64,000 nucleotides of DNA, from NCBI GenBank assembly GCA_000320545.1, contig ADNK01000550.1:62001-126000 (forward strand), read 5' to 3'. The stretch is from Bigelowiella natans CCMP2755 (lineage: Eukaryota; Protista; Cercozoa). The translations under genes were made by a program, and so were the position numbers. The notes under the pieces are model-generated. The model did not search any database. It saw nothing but the letters and a program-made list of their open reading frames with translations, and had not been told where the DNA came from. Below are positions 51,201-61,258 of this stretch, in pieces (position 1 is the stretch's first letter; every line of letters begins with the position of its first letter).

Positions 51201-52080
51201 GGAGAAAAACAACACAACCACGGTACTGTTTCCCAAAAACACAAACACCATTGAATTCAGTGCTATTGACGGCAAAGTGAACCCTACCGTCGAAATACTT
51301 GCACAGACAGCGCATGCGGAAGCGTGTAGTCTGCTGGACACGATGCTTGGGCTCCGGTACTGCAACCAGCCACGGCACGACAGTAGCGACGCCAAATCAC
51401 TCTTGTGGCATGGGCACCCTAACGTAATCTGCACAATACGAGCAGATCAATCAGCATTGGCTTTTCCACCTGGTGACGAATACAATGCACGCTTCAAATC
51501 GTTTGTCGATCAACACAGCACCTTCTCCTCAAATTTGTTGTTTCCACAAGCTGCTCAAAGACAGCAATTGAACAAGTTCTCAGGAATGCAAGTCAATCGA
51601 ATCCTCCTAATGCCACATTACAAGCTGAACGGGGTGACACTACATTGCGACAAAAATCTAACAGCAAACGCCTGGAGCTATTCAAGGTTTGTGCAAGCAT
51701 CGGGTGACAATGCACCCAAAACTCACTGCACTGGCGTGCGGATTAAAGCACCTTCAAGCGACGACGTGTGCGCTCTGGTCTGGATGGCGGGTATTGCGAA
51801 TCCGGTTTGGATGCGACTGGCAGACATCAATGTGCAGTTTCTCCACTCTGATTCCATGCTAGCAAACGGGGCGCCAAACAGCTCCATGGAAGACGAGAAC
51901 ACGCCAATGTACAAACTTCAGAAGAAAATTATGATTTCTAAGCTTGGCGAGACCGCTGCTCACAATGCCAAACTTAGCGATGTGGCGCTAAACCTTCACG
52001 ATGTTTACACGTTCGGCCTCAAGGATTCAAGAGCCACGTACGTTCTAAAAAATACACCAATGCTTAATGTTTTGCATTAG
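48244..52080 (+). CDS. Giant multidomain protein with an N-terminal Erv1/Alr sulfhydryl-oxidase domain
   Basis: PHVWGHRYWKCLH...LPELLPCATCRNHH (CxxC). Confidence 0.75.
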   Translation: MQASNVVSNPNPNDHKDRLTSLVNSLHNNEHYAGPHVWGHRYWKCLHLFSICAATKPGLFFTFIFKSLPELLPCATCRNHHMENMMQGGLAELADATVLCRKNEYERRYRCVRFVCKMRLQVSKYGGIAHEHSCAQKMRTYFVNALGIDIPYDPKPSHPIHRAIRLENEVNAAARKKLPQIKDIKKRFDRAVQKVDVEAEFLRAFESVQSQFMQTTSFVPLKVYIADLWFMLHMCVMIIDRTPSKFEAHHGVMQNMDFAIAAAADKNKNPETTTTLSAYNHYKTKMTTWFVSHVLDMIPRVHGEFVLAQHCKSVAGFGQPQQKRKLLQRLHLREGVRRMKGDRNNLISFVHHMHSKLREFYSPHGMANGTHAASTRAVVRSALCRSNLHAILQTSMSTKCDALDGLLRKKGAYLPLNLVKHCEVASDVHNGNCQSHLSKRIDYCFRDVAHAHHVEQQVKNLLVNPYQLAEPLNTKRMSVHRRNALCIRAILGDGVQHAHAMQNLVFKIIGYQQMHTETYVVRFEQSTMVNACLKAVTNMLHGQTGNAHAYVDSTLPVFDHCSAHIKNMYMTYNPSYAKNTVQKLCDWALDAQGRLVLQKSLAFSRVVLLANRVRTDVLTLDVTKMEQSSVPYLRWLAKHACTTDAGQQREHVFQRMNANDASSTELGSIILTSRDVVDVAHPYSVAMQNMQTEFQVQNRPLQSSMMHDVCSTNNCPKKWTEYLQATELSGALPSKFVKTALMPVPHDDDYVERKLNQKALGIRHKRQIADEMNMDCYRRNDSDVTQDERVQLRSVEHLCCAQSTETLQRCGNVGVARSMYDRQDGKNVLSQLEAQSIKLRAKVCNYHAWLRMHQDIPIHLKTVHDNSKHDVLSQQMAFQKMIAQFSTTQETGLSMHRQTVLHDFYEKEKRNRTGMNAVDDAISMNVRTGTLEHALVCLEDMCTAMVCREIAASCMLAHNASLNLTLRESVNLLNACITNSKYNWWWEKNNTTTVLFPKNTNTIEFSAIDGKVNPTVEILAQTAHAEACSLLDTMLGLRYCNQPRHDSSDAKSLLWHGHPNVICTIRADQSALAFPPGDEYNARFKSFVDQHSTFSSNLLFPQAAQRQQLNKFSGMQVNRILLMPHYKLNGVTLHCDKNLTANAWSYSRFVQASGDNAPKTHCTGVRIKAPSSDDVCALVWMAGIANPVWMRLADINVQFLHSDSMLANGAPNSSMEDENTPMYKLQKKIMISKLGETAAHNAKLSDVALNLHDVYTFGLKDSRATYVLKNTPMLNVLH

Positions 52081-52098
52081 CAGGTTTGGTCATGCCAT

Positions 52099-53016
52099 TT
52101 AAAGACGGGTAAATGCGGTCTGCATTACATGAATGACATTGCAAACACGCATGACCGTTCGATCCCGTCGATTGTTCATGTGTGCCATCATGCGATCTGT
52201 TACTTTAAATTTGTGGATGTTAGTGTTGGTGCTCGATTGCTCTGTCTCCTCTTTCAGTTCATCAGATTTCTTTTTTTCATCTCTGGATTCGAAAAACTCG
52301 ACAAAGCTTTCGCCCATCAATTTGTTGTCATTTACATCTTTTTGTATGTCGCTTTTCATTTGCAACAAATCAAAATAAAACCGATACGGAAGCCTTAATT
52401 TTATAGTGTTGTCATGCACATTCTGAAGTCCGTTCGAAAAGCTTGGAAAACTGCTGTGAATGTTGCTTTTGATGTAATCGTGCAAATCCGCGTTGTCAAG
52501 CTTAGATGCTATTGCAAGTATGTCGTCCTGGCAGAGTTGTGTGAAGCAGTGTATTTGCGAGCCATTCGAAGCGACGGCGTTGAGCAAAACTTCGAGGTAA
52601 CGTTTGAACATGGTTGCTTCGTCCTCTTCAAAAGCAACTACGTTAACCCATTGCGTTGATTTTGATTCTTCCTTACCAAACTTGAGACTTTGAGAGAGCG
52701 TGTTCTGCTGACTGGTGATGTCTTCGTGTTTGTCGGCAAACGCAAAAGCCAAATATACTTTGTCACCGTTTCCCTTTTTTCCAATTCGACGAACGATGTA
52801 AAGCAACACAACCTTCGAATTAGTTACAGAGTATGACGTGCTTTTTGTGTAACTCGGCTCTACGCTCCAATCACAAGAGTTAGGACACAATGCAACTTGC
52901 ATAACTGTGATAAAACGCTGCAATGAGTGTATGACCTCATAGTGATGCCGGGGTTTCAATGCACTGTTGCTGGTTGTGCTGTAAGAAGCGTTCGATCGAT
53001 CGGAAAGAGATAGCAT
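52099..53016 (-). CDS. Hypothetical protein
   Basis: ~305-aa ORF, no recognised motif. Confidence 0.65.
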   Translation of the reverse strand: MLSLSDRSNASYSTTSNSALKPRHHYEVIHSLQRFITVMQVALCPNSCDWSVEPSYTKSTSYSVTNSKVVLLYIVRRIGKKGNGDKVYLAFAFADKHEDITSQQNTLSQSLKFGKEESKSTQWVNVVAFEEDEATMFKRYLEVLLNAVASNGSQIHCFTQLCQDDILAIASKLDNADLHDYIKSNIHSSFPSFSNGLQNVHDNTIKLRLPYRFYFDLLQMKSDIQKDVNDNKLMGESFVEFFESRDEKKKSDELKEETEQSSTNTNIHKFKVTDRMMAHMNNRRDRTVMRVCNVIHVMQTAFTRL

Positions 53017-53139
53017 GATTGTTGGTAAATGGCGGTAAACGATTTTGTTTGAAAATTCCTTACTACGTAATTCACACTGTTTTGGAATGCGTTTAGTTTT
53101 TCCCAAAATACGCTGTTTGCATTTTTTTTTTCAGCGAGA

Positions 53140-53514
53140 ATGAACTCAATGATGACAACAACATCACCAACAGAGAAGAGATCGATACGCGACACATCGA
53201 TCAAAAAATCAAACAAAAGCAACAATCTACGAAACACTCGGGGCTTTGGTGTCTGGACATCGAATAGCAGCGGCATGGGTCTGTGCGCTTCATGCGAAAG
53301 CACCCGTGAAGCAACTTTGGAACATCAACCGCATTTGACTGGCGGTGAAAAAGCCGAACTCGCACTGGAACAGTACATTGGCCCGAGTGAACGTACGCAA
53401 AAAATCAGAGAAGGACTCTGGAGACAATCAGAAGCCGAACATCTGAAACAAATGCAAGCAAGAAGAAAAGGAAATCAAAAAGAAATGCGCACAGTTTTTT
53501 TCAGGTACACGTAG
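53140..53514 (+). CDS. Hypothetical protein
   Basis: 124-aa ORF with upstream T-tract. Confidence 0.55.
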   Translation: MNSMMTTTSPTEKRSIRDTSIKKSNKSNNLRNTRGFGVWTSNSSGMGLCASCESTREATLEHQPHLTGGEKAELALEQYIGPSERTQKIREGLWRQSEAEHLKQMQARRKGNQKEMRTVFFRYT

Positions 53515-53619
53515 AACCTAATTTTTTTTTTGTTTGTTGCAATCGTTTAAGTGAGATTTTCGAATCGAAAACAATCTCCACACCAACCCCAAACCCCACT
53601 CTTAACAAAAGTGCCAATA

Positions 53620-54930
53620 ATGTATTATAGTCAAGTAGGAACTAATTATAACCGCAAGCATCCATTTATATACGGCAGGAACAAAACCTATTTGAAAACT
53701 TTCATAAAAAACGGAAAAATCTACCTGTACAGTAAAAATGACAGTAACCAAACCATAATGACAGAGATGACCGATGCTCAAAGACACATAGTGAACCCGA
53801 TCGACCATGAAAATGCAAAAAAACAAAAAGAAGAAAACGACAATGAGTCATATTACAGAGATAGCATTTTGTATGGTAAACAAAAAAAAGCTTCAGAAGC
53901 CAGAGACAATGTTGAAGTGGCAGAAGTGACAGAAGATGTAGTCAATGAAGATGATGATACAGACGTTCCTGACGTGACACGAGAACAAATCAATGAAGAA
54001 AGGGACTCTTTTCAAAAACAAATGAATGATTTAGATGAACAAAAAAGACAACAATCAAATCAAGGAAACATTGTCGGTTTTGGTAATGACAGGGTCAAAG
54101 CTATTTCTTTCACAGAGGCTGAATCATTGGGTTTTTTCAACAATCAACCGATTGCGGGAGGTGTACCAAGCGGTGTACCAAGCTTGAACTATGAAGGAGG
54201 AAAAGAAGGGCAACCACAATTCGAACCAACGAATTCATCTACAGCTATGTTGGGTGGTGTTGGTGCTTTATTCACTCTTGTAAAAGTGTTTAGGGAACCC
54301 CTGAATAGAGTTGGTAAAAGGATTCGTTATGCAGGCAACAGGATGCTTGATGCAGCAGGTTTTGGTGAGTCCATTGCTGATGAAAAGGATGTAGTCGCAC
54401 CGGGAGTGAAAGCATCCGCAGCTGTTGGAACAGTTCCTCTTGCAACTCCTGTGGCAGTCGCACCGAAAGAAGTGACGGAAACAGCCACTACGCCCATCGG
54501 ATCAGATACAGCCCCTGCCTTTTCAGAACCTTCATCAGCAGGAGCAGTCGCACCGAAAGAAGTGACGGAAACATCCACTACGCCCATCGGATTACCTGAC
54601 ACAAAACACACAGGTTCAGATACAGCCCCTGCCTTTTCAGAACCTTCATCAGCAGGAACAGTTCCTCTTGCAACTCCTGTGGCAGTCGCACCGGAAAAAA
54701 AGACGGGAAAAAAGACTGTGGCTACTACGGAAAAAACTATACCCATCGAATCATCTGATAAAAAACACACAGGTTCAGATACAGCCCCTACCTTTCCAGG
54801 AGCTTCACCAGCGACACCATTGGCAGTGTCTGCAAAACCTGCAAAAACCAAAGCAAGTCAACTCTTTTACACTGGTGTAGTCCCCCCAAACATGCAACGT
54901 TTAAATGATGGTTTTTTTTTGTATTGGTAA
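53620..54930 (+). CDS. Protein with one hydrophobic segment and P/A/T-rich internal repeats
   Basis: Repeated GTVPLATPVAVAP, GSDTAPAFSEPSSAG and KEVTET blocks at ~54425-54800. Confidence 0.7.
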   Translation: MYYSQVGTNYNRKHPFIYGRNKTYLKTFIKNGKIYLYSKNDSNQTIMTEMTDAQRHIVNPIDHENAKKQKEENDNESYYRDSILYGKQKKASEARDNVEVAEVTEDVVNEDDDTDVPDVTREQINEERDSFQKQMNDLDEQKRQQSNQGNIVGFGNDRVKAISFTEAESLGFFNNQPIAGGVPSGVPSLNYEGGKEGQPQFEPTNSSTAMLGGVGALFTLVKVFREPLNRVGKRIRYAGNRMLDAAGFGESIADEKDVVAPGVKASAAVGTVPLATPVAVAPKEVTETATTPIGSDTAPAFSEPSSAGAVAPKEVTETSTTPIGLPDTKHTGSDTAPAFSEPSSAGTVPLATPVAVAPEKKTGKKTVATTEKTIPIESSDKKHTGSDTAPTFPGASPATPLAVSAKPAKTKASQLFYTGVVPPNMQRLNDGFFLYW

Positions 54931-54970
54931 ACACTTGTTTTGCACAAATTGACAAACAACAAAAGCCAAG

Positions 54971-56710
54971 ATGAGCTCCCAATCGTCACAGTATTCATTC
55001 GATGACGACGATGAGGACACAAATCCTTACACTTTAGAAAACAATTTATCAGAACAGGAAGATGATGAGTCTGATACATTAGAAGATGAAGAGTCAGACA
55101 ACAATTTGTATGAAGAAGAAGCAGAACAAAAATCATTCGAATTTACAGATACAACAATGAAGTTTAAAAAAGAAATTAGGGATTTAGAGCAACAAATCAA
55201 AGACATGGAACTAAAAATGAAAGCGCAAGACGAAGCTTCTGTAACGGCAATCCGTCAAAGTGAGGAACGAATTAAGGAATTAGAAAAAAAAAACAATGAG
55301 CTGTCGTCAGACATCAGATATTGCATTTTTGACACCACATACAATCTACTTCATAACTTGGTGACGTATTTCAACGAAAATTATGATGCCAAAATTTCAA
55401 ACTTGAAACAGAAATTGGAATTTAAAAAACAAAAGGATTTGACTGACTACTTTCGTGACACTTTAACATTTCATTTGATTAAAGAAAAACAACTGCAATG
55501 TGACAAAAAACTTAAATCGGCAGAATACACCACAAAACGACTTGCCAGACAACTTGATAAAGCACAAAATACCGCAAATGAATGTGCCAAAAAACTTGAA
55601 TTAACAAAAAAAATTACTAAAAAATGTTTTAACATCATAATCAAAAAAATAATGGATGACTTTACCATGACATTGTCAAAAAATTTATTGTTAAGCATTC
55701 ACAGCTTTGCTTTTGTGAACCCTGAAAAAGTTACTAATGAGATGTTTTCGGATTTTGAACGAGCATTCAAGCAAGAATTACAAGAAAGGAAAAACAGGAC
55801 ATTGAAACAGCACATCATGAAAATGAAAAGAGATTGCACACAAAAGGTTACCGAATGTGACAAGAAAAATAAGAAATTGGTGAGTAAATACGAAGAATTG
55901 ATCAAAAATAGAACTGAGGATTTGAAAGTTGAATTTCAAAAATTGTACAACGAGAAACTAAAGGAATCAACGGCATTGAACCAAAGATATACGAAATTGT
56001 TAAAGTCAGAGCACGGAAAACAAATTGCAGATCTCAATGAAACAAATGAACATTTGCAACAAACAAACAAAGACCAATTGTCAAGACACAGCAAAAAACT
56101 CGAAGAATCAAATTCATCAATTACGCGATTAAAAGAAGAGTTGCGAAAGACAAAAACCGAATTTTTGCAGAACAGAAAAGAAATTGAACAACTTGATCAG
56201 AAAATCAAACAAATGCAACAAGAAAACAAAACTCAATTGGTTAGTGCAACTAAAAAGCACACCGAACATGTAGAAAACATTGAACTAAAACACAGCAAAG
56301 AACTTGAGAAAATTGCAACCGATTTCAAGCGAAAAGAACTGAAACTCATAGCTGCACAAACGAATGCATTGAAACAAAAAGAAGAAGAACTGAACAATCA
56401 AAAAAACACAGCAACGCAAGTGCTCAAATCTAAGGAATTTGAAATGCAACAATTAAATCTTGCAATCACGCAATTAAAAGAAGAATTGCGAAAAGCAAAA
56501 AGCGAATGCGACAAAAAACGATTTGATGCCAAACCAACAATTGCAATCAGGACCACGCCCGTAGCAACGCCTGTGTTTTCAACAGGCCCTGCTTCAAGGT
56601 CTGCAGCAACATCGTTTTCTAGAAGCATTGCGAGCACAACCAACAAAAGCAAAGATGATTCATCATGCACGTCTTCCAGATCAATATTTGAAAAAATATT
56701 GTATTTTTAG
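54971..56710 (+). CDS. Long coiled-coil protein with acidic N-terminus
   Basis: K/E/Q heptads; contains QKDLTDYF. Confidence 0.75.
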   Translation: MSSQSSQYSFDDDDEDTNPYTLENNLSEQEDDESDTLEDEESDNNLYEEEAEQKSFEFTDTTMKFKKEIRDLEQQIKDMELKMKAQDEASVTAIRQSEERIKELEKKNNELSSDIRYCIFDTTYNLLHNLVTYFNENYDAKISNLKQKLEFKKQKDLTDYFRDTLTFHLIKEKQLQCDKKLKSAEYTTKRLARQLDKAQNTANECAKKLELTKKITKKCFNIIIKKIMDDFTMTLSKNLLLSIHSFAFVNPEKVTNEMFSDFERAFKQELQERKNRTLKQHIMKMKRDCTQKVTECDKKNKKLVSKYEELIKNRTEDLKVEFQKLYNEKLKESTALNQRYTKLLKSEHGKQIADLNETNEHLQQTNKDQLSRHSKKLEESNSSITRLKEELRKTKTEFLQNRKEIEQLDQKIKQMQQENKTQLVSATKKHTEHVENIELKHSKELEKIATDFKRKELKLIAAQTNALKQKEEELNNQKNTATQVLKSKEFEMQQLNLAITQLKEELRKAKSECDKKRFDAKPTIAIRTTPVATPVFSTGPASRSAATSFSRSIASTTNKSKDDSSCTSSRSIFEKILYF

Positions 56711-56754
56711 CCGACACATTTTTTTCTGCGTCAATCGACAAATTTTGTTCAAAA

Positions 56755-57018
56755 ATGCATGCTACATGCAAAATGAAACTTCTCATTGCCAAAGAATTAG
56801 AGCGCTACGGTTTTGTTGATCCATTGATCCGCAAGATCTTGCTGTATGCTAACATGCGACACCCACACACCCTGCTATTCAGGACATCCAAATTTTACAC
56901 CGTGTACATGAATTATCAACTAGATCCAATACATCTGCTAAGACCCTCAAGGAAAAACTCGAAATTTCAATTGATCGTGCACAACAAAAACCACGAGTCC
57001 CTCACGTTGTATTTGTGA
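56755..57018 (+). CDS. Small hypothetical protein
   Basis: 87-aa ORF with upstream T-tract. Confidence 0.45.
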   Translation: MHATCKMKLLIAKELERYGFVDPLIRKILLYANMRHPHTLLFRTSKFYTVYMNYQLDPIHLLRPSRKNSKFQLIVHNKNHESLTLYL

Positions 57019-57586
57019 TCGGACTGCTCTTGGTGCTTGCATCACAGCTGCTTGCACTCGAGCAACTCAATCGACACACTGGGGTGCTTGCAGAGGACGC
57101 GCTGCCTGCATCGGTCAACATGTCATTAATGGTGCGGTGAAATGCGTTTCGGAGTTTCCGGTAGTATTTCCGTTTGTGTAGCAGTTTGTGTCGGAAAAGG
57201 TACCCTGCTAAAGCGCCAACAAGCGTTTTGCCGTTTCGCTTCATCCGAATGCTTTCGTGGTAGTGACATCGACAGAGATGTCGCGGCCACAGCCCCTGAC
57301 ATCGACAATGGCACAATCTGTCCATTGAAGAACTTTCTTTTGGAAAACATCCCGCGTCGTGCATGCTCCTGACAAAACTTGGGATGAACTGAGAATCTAG
57401 TGCAAGCCAGTGTTTCAGAATGTCGTGTTGCAGCCAGACGATCCGCATCGCGCAAAATGCAGTCCTGTCGCGTTCCTGTGCCCCGTTGTACTCTGTGCTT
57501 TTGTCGTCGTCCTGGCACACATCGAATTTCTTTTCAGGAAAATCGAAAATAGCGTTTACAACTGCTTCGTATGGATTCTCCTCCAT
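57002..57586 (-). CDS. Hypothetical Cys/His-rich protein
   Basis: CHCRC..HLCRCH. Confidence 0.55.
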   Translation of the reverse strand: MEENPYEAVVNAIFDFPEKKFDVCQDDDKSTEYNGAQERDRTAFCAMRIVWLQHDILKHWLALDSQFIPSFVRSMHDAGCFPKESSSMDRLCHCRCQGLWPRHLCRCHYHESIRMKRNGKTLVGALAGYLFRHKLLHKRKYYRKLRNAFHRTINDMLTDAGSASSASTPVCRLSCSSASSCDASTKSSPITNTT

Positions 57587-57651
57587 TCAGTGCTGTAAAT
57601 GGATTGCATGTCAAGATTTTGAAGCCCTTTTTCCGAAAAAAAATGTAAACT

Positions 57652-58638
57652 TTAAAATCGTTCATGCAAGACGCTCGCGCGATTCTCGCTCTTGCGCATC
57701 TGAAAATTTAGCAGCAATTTCTCGTCTGCAGAATGCTGCAGGTGCCCACGCAGGTTTGCACTCTCGGCCGTTTTGAGGCGCACGTTCCTTTTTTTTGCAA
57801 GCCGGATGTTTCTCTCGACACCTGTTACCCCTCCCTCGTGCATGTCTTTGTACAAAGAAGCGGCTCCTTGCTCGAGAACTGCTGCACGGTGATTGGTACC
57901 GTGCAATCCATTTTTGACAAAAAGATCCGTGTACAGCTTGCGGTCACTCATCGAGTCTCTGTGCGTTTTTACAAAATGATTTACTGTCGTCTCATTAAAG
58001 GCTTTTACTACTTTGGGTAAAAAGCTACCCGCCGTGCTAGGATGCAGGGTGTCCCTCGCAAGGTGTTTTTGTGGCTTGCAAATGTCCTCGTAGATCTTTT
58101 TGAAGCTGTCACCGGCGGTGTCCTCTGCGACTTTTTCATTGATGTACAATTTGATATCCGAGTACATCGGCAGCGACCCCCAGACATAATGCGCATAAGT
58201 ATTTGACATTTTGTACTGAGCACTCTGTTTTTCGTAAAAAGCATGCGACTGCTTCCTGAACGTGTTCAACAAAGCAGGCATTATCTTAGTCTTTATGTTC
58301 CTCTCACTTTTAACAATTGCGACTGCCTGACTAAATAGCTGCTCGTGCCTCACGCGGGTCCCGGACAACGAGTAGAAAACCGACTTCGAATCTATGGGCC
58401 CGATCGAATTCTTCACAGCTGCAAAGAGCGGGTGTCCGCGTGGGTCAAGGTGTCTGAAATGCTTCTTCATGGACCAATGTCCGGGTAAACGTTCCTGTAG
58501 CAGAGGGTCAAGGGTGACACTACCGACATCGATGACTTTTGCGGATTGCTCGTTCTGAGTTCGATTTAGAAGATCGTGCAAGGCTTTCCCGCCCGACTGA
58601 AACGACCGGCTCTGGTAAGGCAAGGTGTTGTGGGCCAT
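57652..58638 (-). CDS. Hypothetical protein
   Basis: 328-aa ORF. Confidence 0.7.
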   Translation of the reverse strand: MAHNTLPYQSRSFQSGGKALHDLLNRTQNEQSAKVIDVGSVTLDPLLQERLPGHWSMKKHFRHLDPRGHPLFAAVKNSIGPIDSKSVFYSLSGTRVRHEQLFSQAVAIVKSERNIKTKIMPALLNTFRKQSHAFYEKQSAQYKMSNTYAHYVWGSLPMYSDIKLYINEKVAEDTAGDSFKKIYEDICKPQKHLARDTLHPSTAGSFLPKVVKAFNETTVNHFVKTHRDSMSDRKLYTDLFVKNGLHGTNHRAAVLEQGAASLYKDMHEGGVTGVERNIRLAKKRNVRLKTAESANLRGHLQHSADEKLLLNFQMRKSENRASVLHERF

Positions 58639-58778
58639 TTGTTTTGGGTGTTTGTTGTGTCAATGACCTAACAAGTTGCTGCTTCTTCCAATCCACTTTT
58701 GCAACTTAGGAAACGATCGCACCGCATTTTTTTTTTCAACACAATCAAATATGCAACACGCGTTTGGTGCAACTTGCC

Positions 58779-59921
58779 CTAATTATTAGTCACCATTTTG
58801 TACCTTTGCGCTAATGTGTTTGGCTGCAAACCGGTCCATTTGTAAATGGACTCGAGCTGCTGCATTTTGGGATCGGACGCGTCGCTCAGGAACGATCCGG
58901 AAATCAAGACGTCGTTCTCACCGCGGATCGTCGTGTCGGGGAGCGATCGAAGCAACATGTCGATAAAGTTTTCCGCAGCTTTGTGCAAATCGTAATTCAA
59001 AAACGATTTTCTCATTTCGGCACTCCACTTAAATTTTTTCACCTTCAAAGGGTCAGTGGTCAGGTTGACAAAATGCTCGTACAACCGGGCGTCAGAAAGG
59101 GCTTTCTCAAACGACTGGATTTGACGTTTGTTGAACGTGTTGTACAACATTTTAAGTATGTTCTTGAAAACGACCCCGTCCCCTGCATGCAACCAGCGCA
59201 GAGCGCTCATCGTCTTCGGATCGAAAAGCACATCCATCGAGTCGAATCCCGACACACCCAACGCAAACATCGGCTCGGTGTACCGGGTCATGCCGCGACT
59301 CGACACACCGGTCTGGTCACTGGTGCGGTAGTCCGCGCTCGACATGCCTTGCATCGCGTCGTAATCGTTCCCTCGCCACGACATGGAGGTTTTGGCATCA
59401 GATTTCACGTCGGTTGGTGCTTCTTGGTTTTGCTCGTCCTCTTCGTCTTCCTCTGCGTCGTCGTTCTCGGCGTCATCGCCAGTCACTGCTGCACCCAGGT
59501 CTGTGGACCTGCTGTGCAGGTGCAAATCCCCCACTGGCTTTTCCGCGTAAAACACGTTGTGGCTATCTGAGAACAAAATGCTTGCATCCGCATTCATCAT
59601 GTTGACTTTGTTCTTTATCGAGTACGCGTTGTTCTCCTCCGAGAACAAGAGTTTCATCAGTGCGGCGGATTGGCTGCTGCTCGTGAGGTGTTTCGACTGA
59701 ACATCGTAATAGGTCAAGATCTTCGAAAGATCAAAACCCAGAACCCCGATGCCGCCCATCGACTGGTTCCGGTTGACCTGCTCTTGCAAATGCGATCGCA
59801 TGCCCTCGTACGCAAGAAACATCACTAACTTTTCGCACAGCGACATTCGCATCACTAAATTGATCCGCTGACGCATGTGGAAAGCCGCGTTTTGTTGCCT
59901 TTGTGCAATTTTTGCATCCAT
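58779..59921 (-). CDS. Hypothetical protein (possibly structural)
   Basis: 380 aa; visibly GC-richer coding, like the capsid gene. Confidence 0.7.
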   Translation of the reverse strand: MDAKIAQRQQNAAFHMRQRINLVMRMSLCEKLVMFLAYEGMRSHLQEQVNRNQSMGGIGVLGFDLSKILTYYDVQSKHLTSSSQSAALMKLLFSEENNAYSIKNKVNMMNADASILFSDSHNVFYAEKPVGDLHLHSRSTDLGAAVTGDDAENDDAEEDEEDEQNQEAPTDVKSDAKTSMSWRGNDYDAMQGMSSADYRTSDQTGVSSRGMTRYTEPMFALGVSGFDSMDVLFDPKTMSALRWLHAGDGVVFKNILKMLYNTFNKRQIQSFEKALSDARLYEHFVNLTTDPLKVKKFKWSAEMRKSFLNYDLHKAAENFIDMLLRSLPDTTIRGENDVLISGSFLSDASDPKMQQLESIYKWTGLQPNTLAQRYKMVTNN

Positions 59922-60153
59922 CTTGTGTTTCGATGCGTTGTTAACAAAGTAAAATGATGCAAGGCTCGCGAAAATAAATAAATATTTAAAAGTTTTGAAC
60001 TAGTAGTCGGGGTGGTCTCAATCTTGACGTTCCCATTTGTAATACTCAATCCAATCCGAAAGGCTCGCGTCGTTCCCTGGAGGCGACATGGCAATGTGCA
60101 AAAAAATGTGTTTGTGTTTGTTGCTTGTTTGCACATCCAAGTGATATTTTTTT

Positions 60154-61041
60154 TTAACCATACATCCATCCACCCAAATTGCTCATTGCTCTAAAGGGTG
60201 ATGAAAGAAGGTGTGCCGTGCCATCTACAAATTTACCTGCACCATGCAAAGCACCGCCTACACCCTTGCGAACCACGGGAATGGTTCCGCTCGCTATGTT
60301 GTTTGCTAACCCTACTGAGTGCCACTGATTTTTATCCCATTCTTGCCATTCCAATTCTCGCTCACCCCATTTTTTTAAGTTTTCTCTATTTTCAACATTT
60401 TCCTTTTGCAACAAGGAATTGTCTTTTGCTTGTTTTTGATTGATGATGTTCAGTTCCTGATTCCGACTCTGGGAATTTGCAAGATCAGCTTCTTTTTTTT
60501 CCAGTTGATTGCTCATGTTTGACATCTGCTGATTTTTTTTAAGGCCATACAAAGCCGCTGCTATAGTTGCTGCTGTAGCTGCTGCTCTGCCGCTGTTGTC
60601 GTGAAGCAAGTTCAAGTAATAATTCTGTGGATCTTTAAGGTTTGGCTCGAAGAGGTCGAACTGGGGATCGGGGAAATATTGGTTGTCGGTAAAAAACATG
60701 TAACCCCTGTTTTCGCGGTCATTAAGAACCCACTGCCCTCTTTGGTTGCACCGGGCTGTGCGCACAGGGGTGAGACCGAACTCGTTGTCTTGGTTTCTCC
60801 GGTGTATGGTCATGATCTTGTTGTAGTTGCCCGGGTTGCAGGCGTAAGGATCCCTGCGAAGGTACTTGTTCACCGTCACGTGCGGCATGGTTTTGTCAGC
60901 GACGCACCTTCCTACCTCCCGACCGTACATCATGGCTTGAGTACCTTTCTTGCATTGCATCGACTTTTTGTTCGACTCGGCCTCCATCTCGTTGATCCTG
61001 GCATCGACAAAGTAGTCATAAGTGCTTGTGCCAACCTGCAT
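60154..61041 (-). CDS. Four-Cys-domain protein with hydrophobic segment and coiled coil; paralog of 26034-26879
   Basis: QCKK..RCVADKT..NKY..PYACN..MTI..ARCNQRGQW. Confidence 0.7.
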   Translation of the reverse strand: MQVGTSTYDYFVDARINEMEAESNKKSMQCKKGTQAMMYGREVGRCVADKTMPHVTVNKYLRRDPYACNPGNYNKIMTIHRRNQDNEFGLTPVRTARCNQRGQWVLNDRENRGYMFFTDNQYFPDPQFDLFEPNLKDPQNYYLNLLHDNSGRAAATAATIAAALYGLKKNQQMSNMSNQLEKKEADLANSQSRNQELNIINQKQAKDNSLLQKENVENRENLKKWGERELEWQEWDKNQWHSVGLANNIASGTIPVVRKGVGGALHGAGKFVDGTAHLLSSPFRAMSNLGGWMYG

Positions 61042-61258
61042 GCCTAGTTTTGGGTTTTACTGATGATTTATCGAGGTTTGTGTTTCGAAAAAAAATTAAT
61101 AACAACACTAAAGAAAACGAGTGCGCTTTGCGACTGATCCACAAAAAACCACAAAAAAAAAATGTTGTTGCTTGGTATCAGTAAAACTCCCCGCGCACTG
61201 CAACAAGACAAACCCTCACAAAGTATTCGGGTCCAAATTACCTCGACACTCAAATATC

